A stretch of 64,000 nt of DNA from Octopus vulgaris (taxonomy: Eukaryota): NCBI GenBank assembly GCA_951406725.2, contig OX597817.1:64294001-64358000 (forward strand), written 5' to 3'. Positions 55,290 to 64,000 of this stretch are shown piece by piece (the first letter of the stretch is position 1; every line of letters begins with the position of its first letter). Both the position numbers and the translations under genes were made by a program. The notes under the pieces are model-generated. The model saw only the letters and a program-made list of their open reading frames with translations, made no database searches and had not been told where the DNA came from.

Positions 55290-55850
55290 TATCAACAGTG
55301 GGTGATATGAGTGAACTTTAAGATGGTTGATTTGCTCCCTGGGCAACAAAGTAGATACACCAAATACCCATGCTTTTTATGTATGTGGGACAGCAGAGCC
55401 AAGGGAAAACATTGGGGGATCAAAGAATGACTGCAGTGAACATTAGTTTCAGAATCTTTTAATATGGCTGAAGAGCCTTTGGTTCAACTAGTAAAAAACA
55501 TTTTACCTCCTTTCCATATCAAACTTGGGATTATGGAGCAATTTGTTAAAGCTCTGGATAAAGATGGACCATGTTTTCCTTATATCAGCAGCACATTTCC
55601 TGTCTGAACAGTGGAAACATAAAAGCTGAGTTGTTGGTGGACCTTAAATAAAAAAACTGATGAAAGATAGGAACTTTATAAATTCAATGAACTGCATTGA
55701 AGTAGCAGCATGGAGTTCATTTATAATATGATAGTTGTAAATAACTTTCAGGGCAAGAAAGCAGATAACTATACTGAAATAGTTGACAATATGCTGGAAA
55801 ACTTTCAAAAGTTGGGAGTAAATATGGGTAGTTTTATTCTACTCATATTT
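55290..55850 (+). pseudogene. Chapaev3/CMC-like DNA transposase remnant
   Basis: FKMV..QQSRYTKYPCFLCMWDSRA..ILPPFHIKLGIMEQFVKALDKDGPCF..IKKLMKD..AAWSSF..NYTEIVDNMLENFQKLG. The family assignment is from recalled motifs. Confidence 0.75.
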
Positions 55851-58800
55851 TGTAGAACAAATCAACACCCAGTAATTTTTTTTTAAAAAGTTTGGTACTT
55901 ATTCTATTGGTGTCTTTTAGTGAACCTGTTCAGACCAGGAAATGTGCTGCTGATATTATGAAAACATGGTCCATCTTTATCCAGAGCTTTAACAATGGTT
56001 GTAAAACAATGGGAGCAGGAAGAACAGAAAGACACATACATACATACATTCATACATACATACATACATACATACATACATACATACATACATACATACA
56101 TACATACATTTACAATATCCATTCACAAGACTTTGGTTGGCTCGCTGCTATAGTAGACACTTATCCAAGCTGCCGCACAGCTTGGCCTGAACCCCAAAAT
56201 AATATGGTTGGGAAGCAAACTTCTTACCAGACACCCATGCCTGCACCTATAAATGTATTTATTTTTGTTGAAAGATATAGTGATTTTTTTTTCTTTTTTA
56301 CTTGTTTCAGTTCAGCAAATGAGTTTGTAGAGCTTCATAATGGATTCCTAGGTTATCATATGCTGCCAGATAACATTATTCCTCTTTGGGGATGAAGCTT
56401 TAGTTACTACATAAATAGATGATGCAAAAGTATCAGTGACTAAGAATTATTGCGCTGCAAAACATCATAGAATTTATGTTTTATGAAGTAAGATATTTAT
56501 GATCTTTGACACCAAAAGATGGCAGGAAAATATTTGTGTCTGTGTATATTGGAGACTCATTTACTTGTCATTCCACACCAAAATACTGCTGAAGAAAAAG
56601 CATTCAAATTAATTAAACTTATCAAATCTCCAAGTTAGCCATTATTTCTGGTTGATGGCACATTGTCTTCTCTCTCTCGTTACAATAAAACTAGAAGACA
56701 TAGAGCTGAGTATTAGTCACCTACAAACATGCTTGTGCATGCAAAGCAGACAACCATGAAGTAAACGGTAGAATACTTAGCCTACTGTATTGCAGTAAAC
56801 GATAAATGGTATTTAGGGTATAATGTTAGTAATGAATGAAATTAATCTTGTCCTTTGACAAGATGAGATCAAACTTGTAAGTGGACCTGAATAAATTATC
56901 ATTTATTCATGTTTAAGGCATACCTTAATTCTCAGTAAAGAAATGGTTAGAACACTTTTCTCGATTTCAGAGGGAAATAATTAGCTTTCCTAGTTTTATT
57001 TCATGTTATATCATCTAATCTGGCTTCCAGACATGTTGCAAAGGACTATTTCTCCTAGAAAATGGAGGGGAATGGGGCAGAACCTTCGCCTCCTTCTCCC
57101 TCAGTTTTCTTTATGCCAGTTTTTTTTTTCATGTGTTATCAGTAAATCTAATCTTTAAAACAATTGGTAATTATTTGTGTTTCAGTTAAAGGTGTGTGGG
57201 GGGGAGGAAGTTTTCTCTACAGTTAAAACCGTTTCAAGTTGGAGGTGAAATCTTTTTTTCGTGGGTATTTTGGTGTGTTTCAATGAATATTACTTTTAGG
57301 ACCACTGGAAATTATTTTTTATTTGATTAAGTGCACCTCATGACAAATGTTTGAAGGTGTTGGTGGGGGAATTTATTTACAAAGGTTTTAACATAACATC
57401 AATTAACTTGCCTTAAAATTAAAAATGAATATCGTAAATGATACTAATGTGATTTTAAAATTGAAGCTACCTTATGCAGTAGAATGGCAGTCCTAATAAT
57501 AATATGACAAAGAGAGAGAGACTATTTAAATATTCAGCTATTGAAGTGATAACACAAGAAAAAAGATATTGTAAAGAAAACAAGAAAATTCTAATGGAAG
57601 AGATTCAAAGTTCCTCTACCCGCAAGAGTGTTTGTGGCATGTTTGGAGGCCAGATTCATTAATAACATGCAAAAAGAACCCATGAAAAAAATTAATCCTT
57701 CCAAACACAAGAGGGATGAAGATCTGCAAAACTCTAATGGTCTTTCTGTGCCTCTTTTACCCCACCTTTTTCTACAAAGCTAGTAGTTTCCAACTGGTTA
57801 GGTGGTCATATTTGTTGATAACACACAAAATAAGGAAAAGAAACCTACCGGGATGGGGAGAACCTCCTTTCCCCATCCCTCACCATTTTTCTGGGAAAAT
57901 GTCCTTTGCATCATGTCCAGAGGTCAGATTAGTAGATAACTGATGAAAAACAAGGAGAAATAATTATTTCACACTGCAATTGAGAGGGGCATTCTATAAA
58001 TTTTACCAAAGAAACGTTAAAAGCATAAGCAACACACAACAATATGCCTTGTATTTTGGTGCTAAAGTAACTGCAGATTTTGTTTTATTTAGATAAAACA
58101 AAATCTGCAATTACTTGTTTTCAGGTACAATGCAAAGCCCTAATTTTAAAATGTAAAGATCTGGTGGGGCAGGAACTGTATTTCACACACAAATAAATAT
58201 GGTATTATACAAACCTACTTAAATGTAGCTAAAGCTATAAAATACTAATAGCAATTTCTTGACTAAATTTCCTAGATTTACTATCAATTTCCAGTATTTC
58301 CATTCAAATTAGTTGGTACTTCTGTATGAGGAATATTTGACTATTTCTAATAGATCAAGTGACATGATTGAGGTGTCTCATTATTTCAGATATATATATA
58401 TAAAAAACTTGTCTGTTTAATGCTAGCTGTAAATGCTCTGGGTAGGGGCTAGCAGTTGTAGTAGGATGATGGACAAAAATGCACTGTGATATTTAGTTAT
58501 GGCCCTTTGTATCTTGAATACGTATTTTATCTAGACAAGCTTTACATCTTTCCAGAGTATTCAAAACAATTATTAATCAAGTAAAGGAGTTGATTTAATT
58601 GACTATACCCCTTCCTTCAAATTTGAGAACCCATACCAATGAAAGAAATCATTTAGAATTAATTTAATAGCAATCTTTGTGTTTAGAGTTTCACTTTCAC
58701 TCAAAGACTTGAGCATTTGTATTGTTTTCCACTTTTGTTTGTGGTCTAGTGGTTAGGTGTTGCCCACACAATTGCAAGATCATGGCTTCAGCAGTGCATT

Positions 58801-59995
58801 GTGTTTTTTTAGCAAAATATTTCTTTTGATGATGCTTCAGTCAACTCACCTGTAAATTGGTAACCTTGCATTGAACAGGCATCTTGTTCGGGTGTAATGT
58901 TGGTCTGCCCACCTAGCCAGTAGGGTGACATTATTTAAAAGCTACAACAATGTGCTTCCACACATTATGAATAGATGTGTATAACAGCATCTGATATACA
59001 TATATATATATATATATATCAGAAATGATTAGTTCCTGGATTCTCAACCGGGGATTGAAACCTTAGCCTGGATGTTTCTGCAAGCTTTTTTCCTTTGTTA
59101 TCAAGATTTTGCACTCAGAGATTTATGTGTCAGCTGTCAACTTCTTGACCTTCTTGGGTCAAGTTCAATTCAACCTAGACAACCCACAGAATATCCTTTG
59201 TTATTGTGACCTAGTTTAGCAATGGAATTGTTATAATGGAACACTAAACAGAATTCTTTCTTTTTAGCTTTGCACTTGTATCAGAGATAATATACCTACT
59301 TTCTTTCCTCGGTGCTGTCAAAGAGTTAAGATGTGACTTTTCTTTACTCAGTGGCTATCACAGAGGTAACATATGTTTCTTACCCTCTTGGTAACTTTCA
59401 GAGAAGTAAATTTATTTACTTTCTCTCTCTCTCCTTTGCCTTTAGATACTTAGTAGTAAACTACAATGACCAAAGATATCTATCAAAGGACAACAGAACT
59501 ACTACCAGCTTTTGTGAATTGACAACAACTTGAAATAGGGATCTTAGCAACCTGATTTGCAAAATATGCATTTTTTAATAAGAAGTGGAAAATCTGAAAA
59601 TCGGCTGTAATAATGTACTTTTCCAGTCTTATTGCTATGAAAGTATGATATGGAGAAAAAAATTGGAGGAAAAAGTATTTTTAGCCAATAGCAAGACACA
59701 TTTTCTGCGTTTAGTGGAGTGGTATCAACTTTAAGGTTGTACCCTGTGAAATTTATAGTTTGGCATCTGTGAAACGACCTGTTCATTGTAGGTTTGTAAA
59801 TAAACAGAAATACCTAATAAAATCAACATGTATCATCTTACTGTTTCTTTTGTGTCCATTGACTGTATGTTTTTATTAATTTTTAAACATTTGTTATATT
59901 AATATATTTGTCTGCATGTGTTTACTTTATGTGTATTTCAGTATTATGTATACCTGTCATGTATTTGTGTACATCATTAATATATAAGTGCATGT

Positions 59996-60063
<68 letters not shown>

Positions 60064-60734
60064 AGGGGGTGTCTTTCTCCAAAACTTCAAAGGGGGTTCA
60101 TTTTGCAAAATAGCTGTTTGTCTAGTAATTGTAAATAAAAATTATGATAAGTCTGATATTTCATCTTTCATCTACTTCCATCGATTATAAATTTACCAGC
60201 ATGCAGCCTTCTCAACTTTACTAAACTTTATCAACATCTTGACTATAACATCCTGGTAATACAAAACACACTTGTGACTACAATACATCCTTAATATATA
60301 TATCATTATCAACATCATTATGTAACATTTGTTTACCATGCTGCCATGGGTTGGACACCTCGACAGGATCCTATGAGCTGCAGGGCTGCATCAAGCACCA
60401 GTGTCAGCTTCAACTTGGCTTCTATGACTGGACATCCTTCCTAATGCTAATCACTTTATAGTGTGTACTGAGTGATTTTTCATGCCACTAATACTTGTGA
60501 CATCACCAAGTAACTTGTAATACAGAAAAACTTAACTAAGTTTGGGTGGAGGAATATTTGAGGTGGGTAAGGTGGCTTTTTACCAGGTGTTGGGAGATTA
60601 AAGTATGACAGAGAGACATGTGTAAGTGTCTTCCACCAATGGAGATACATGGCTACCTGGCATTATATAAGGAGAGTAGCTGGGAAGAAGATATGATGGT
60701 AAAACTCGATGTGGGCAATTGAAACACTATTAAA

Positions 60735-61150
60735 TCAAAATAGTTATCTATGTATCATACCTAATGTAGATACACCATTAAAAGACATTGTGCTGTAGTT
60801 TTTGTCAGAGAGAAAATCTTTTCATAGACAAATTTTGTTAAAAACACAATGTATATTGGAGTGACACCAATGTTGACCCAACAGTGTCTCACAAGAGCGT
60901 TGGACACATTTTGGCCTTTTCAGGCCTTGTCAATGATGTATACCCAAACATCATATTTCTGGACAAAATATGTCCTTTCAGGTAACAGGGAATAATACAT
61001 TCAATAATATTATGCAGATGATATGGTGTATGAAATTAAAATAGTATTAAATCGAAATAGTCATCTGTGTACCACACCTAATGTATATACGCCAGTGAAA
61101 GACTGAGAAAAAATCTTTCCTTGGACACCTTATGCTAAAAACACAATACC
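60735..61150 (-). mobile_element. Decayed partial-tandem relative of 33485-33972 with hammerhead remnant (60897-60938)
   Basis: Shares aaatag..atct.tgta.ca and ggccttttcaggcctt. The internal repeat period is about 320 bp. Confidence 0.6.
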
Positions 61151-61240
61151 AAAGCACACATCATGTTTATTTTAATCTGGTAAGCTTTCCACAATATCAA
61201 TGAATCAGACAGAGAGATGGATATGAAGGACATCTGCAGT

Positions 61241-61477
61241 TTCTTATTTCTTTATTGCCCACAAGGGGCTGAACATAGAGGGGGCAAACAAGGACAGACA
61301 AAGTGATTAAGTCGATTACATCAACCCCAGTGCGTAACTTGTTCTTAATATATCGACCCCGAAAGGACGAAAGGCAAAGTCGACCTCGGCGGAATTTGAA
61401 CTCAGAACGTAATAGCAGACAAAATACTGCTAAGCATTTTGCCTGGCGTGCTAACAATTCTGCTAGCTCGCCGCCTT
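61241..61477 (-). mobile_element. SINE family A with the agccccttgtgggcaataaagaaa tail
   Basis: Near-consensus and CpG-retaining within CpG-poor surroundings. Confidence 0.9.
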
Positions 61478-61808
61478 TTTCAACCACCTGAATTTCTCTC
61501 ACATGATATTAGTGCTATAATAGAACTATAATAGAAGTCACTTTCTGTGCAGTGGGAACAAATGCAGAATTCTCTGGTTGTATACGAACCTCTTAACCAC
61601 ATGGACAGAGAAAATAATAGCAAAGTGAGTGACGCCAATGGAATCTAAGCTGAATTTTATAAACATAAAATTGATTAGGATTAAACAGAGGCAGTGTAGA
61701 GATGGTCACATTTAGACATGTATGTATGTATGTATGTATGTATGTATGTATGTATGTATGTATGTGTGTGTATGTATGTATGTATGTATGTATGTATGTA
61801 TGTATATG

Positions 61809-61839
<31 letters not shown>

Positions 61840-61969
61840 GTGTATGTATGTATGTGTGTATGTACGTATGTAGTACATATTTATGTATGTATGTATGTAT
61901 GTTTGTATGTATGTTCTTTTCTGTCTTTGATTATTTAAATTCTTCCTTTGAAGAAGGATCTGGTTTCTT

Positions 61970-62635
61970 ATAAAGATACAAAGTTTCATCACTGGAATGT
62001 AGATAATGAAAACAATGTCACATTTTAAACTTGAGAAATGTCTTGCATATTTTTGCTGTTCCACTTATAGATTGTATTTGTAATGTGCGAGTCAGTTGAT
62101 TTCTTTTTCTAAAAATCCAAGACTATCCAAACTGAAAGGTATTTATTTACAAAACTAAGTGCTCCAATTATTATTGGTATAAATGTAAATTTGTAATCTG
62201 GATATAAAAACTGGAGGTTTTGAAGCAGATGTCCATAGTTATCTTCTTTCTCTTTGATTCTTCAAAGAGGTAAGTAGGTAGGTAGGTAGGTAGGTAGGTA
62301 AGTAGGTAGGTAGGTAGGTAGGTAGGCAGGTAGGTAGGTAGGTAGGTAGGTAGGTAGGTAGGTAGTTAGATGGGTAGGTAAGTGGGTAGATATATGCATA
62401 TGTGTATGTGCATGTGTGTGTGTGAAAGTATGTATGTATGTATGTATGTATGTATGTATATAAGTATGTATGTATGTGTGTGTGTATATGTATGTATGTA
62501 TGTATGTGTGACCTGTTATTAACAGTTTCTTTTGGCAAAGAGCTCAATAAAGATACAAAGTGTCATCACTGGAATGTAGATAATGAAAACAATGTCACAT
62601 TTTAAACTTGAGAAATGTCTTGCATATTTTTGCTG
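61970..62635. repeat. 89-bp direct duplication (61970-62058 / 62547-62635)
   Basis: The copies are identical except for one base. Confidence 0.9.
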
Positions 62636-63072
62636 GTTAATCAGCTGGGTCATACCACTGCTTGATTCAAAATGATTGATGTGACTCAATAACAACAGTC
62701 ATAAATAACAGTGTAATTACCACCACCATGCCTGAGAAAGTCTCAAATCATAAAAGTTCATTCACCTTCTAGGGTAAAAAAAAAACCCATAGAACTTTTG
62801 TGTGAAACACAAAAGAAAACTGATTTTCTTTTATATGTTGACTTTGTTGATTTATGTATGTATAATTATATATAAATAAATGTATATATATAAATATGTG
62901 CATGTATATATACACACACACATACATACATTTATAGAGAGATTAAGATATATAGATAAGTAGATACATATGTATTTGCTTTGTATGTATGTATGTATGT
63001 ATGTATGTATGTACGTTGTATATATAGATATATATATATATGTGCATACATGACACATATACACACATATCC

Positions 63073-63103
<31 letters not shown>

Positions 63104-64000
63104 AAACCAGTTACATATATTTTATAATTTTACTAGTTTCAACGTGTTCCAATGAAGCACTTACGTATTTGAAGAGGTTAGAGGTGGAAGGTGTTTTTAT
63201 TGTCTCCACAGTGTGTGTGTGTGTATGTGTGTGCGTGCATGTGTGTATGCATATGCATGTGTATGTTTGTATGTGTGTGTGTCCGTCCATCCATGTGCAC
63301 GTGAGAAAATTTGTCTCTGTTCAGTTTGTTCTATTTTCTTTCCCTTCCTTGAAGAAAGATGTGATTTAAGTCCAAAGTATATGGCCACCACTAGTAGTTT
63401 AGCTAACTTTTGCTAGAATGTCACCCAGCAAGAAAGAAGGCCATACCACCGCAATTATAACTATCATCACAACTATTCAAGCTAATGAGGTGATAGACCC
63501 TCCATGCAGTTGCTCACCACATGGAAGATTTATCCTAATGGAATAGCAACTAAATCCCCTTCAAATCAAACCCTTCCATTCTAAGTAAATGCAATCCCTG
63601 ATTCATTTAAAAGAGTGGATCACAGACGGAATTTGTTTATCATACAGTTTTCATGAACCAAGCAACATGAAAACAACAATCACATCACCATCATTATATA
63701 ACCACCATCATAATAAGTGAAACTTATAAAAATACCTCAGCAAGGTCACACAGGCTGCTAGAAGTAGCAACCAAATCTCATTCATATCTTAAATAAAGAG
63801 GAATATATTGGATAGTGTAAATTGACCATAAATCTGTGAAGCAAAGTTCACTTGATGCTATACATTAACAATACCTCTCTTCCACAACACTGATACTAAT
63901 TGCTGTTACATCAATGAAGAAAGTGAATACTTCTCATAAACTGTTCTCCCACCTGTTTCATCACTGTTGTTGTCTTTTCTGACTCAAAGTCAACCCTGAT

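Noticed and set aside
56311-56487. Coding exon between tttcag and gtaaga
   Set aside because: Stop codons in all three plus-strand frames; at most non-coding.

Overview
AT-rich, non-genic eukaryotic DNA crowded with microsatellites and transposon remnants. The SINE families and repeat density point to a coleoid cephalopod, probably Octopus (inference). No intact host gene is visible, and almost all ORF-track entries are microsatellite translations. Recognisable coding remnants are CRE-type endonuclease, Tc1, mariner, Gypsy gag/RT, CR1 RT C-termini, Chapaev3-like transposase and L1/Tx1-type ORF1. Non-coding elements include many tRNA-derived SINEs, non-autonomous Helitrons, a Helentron/HINE and MITEs. 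The main hidden signal is about nine minimal type-I hammerhead-ribozyme motifs of the Penelope-like (PLE)/retrozyme kind, several in inverted or tandem arrangements. One sits in a TSD-bounded 278-bp element that joins a tRNA Pol III head to a hammerhead tail (22336-22613), a candidate PLE-mobilised ribozyme SINE. A second candidate system is a pair of ORF1-only (HAL1-like) retroelements that share their 3' terminus with a SINE subfamily and with LINE tails embedded in (GATA)n. All coordinates were read by eye, and the edges of degenerate repeats are approximate.
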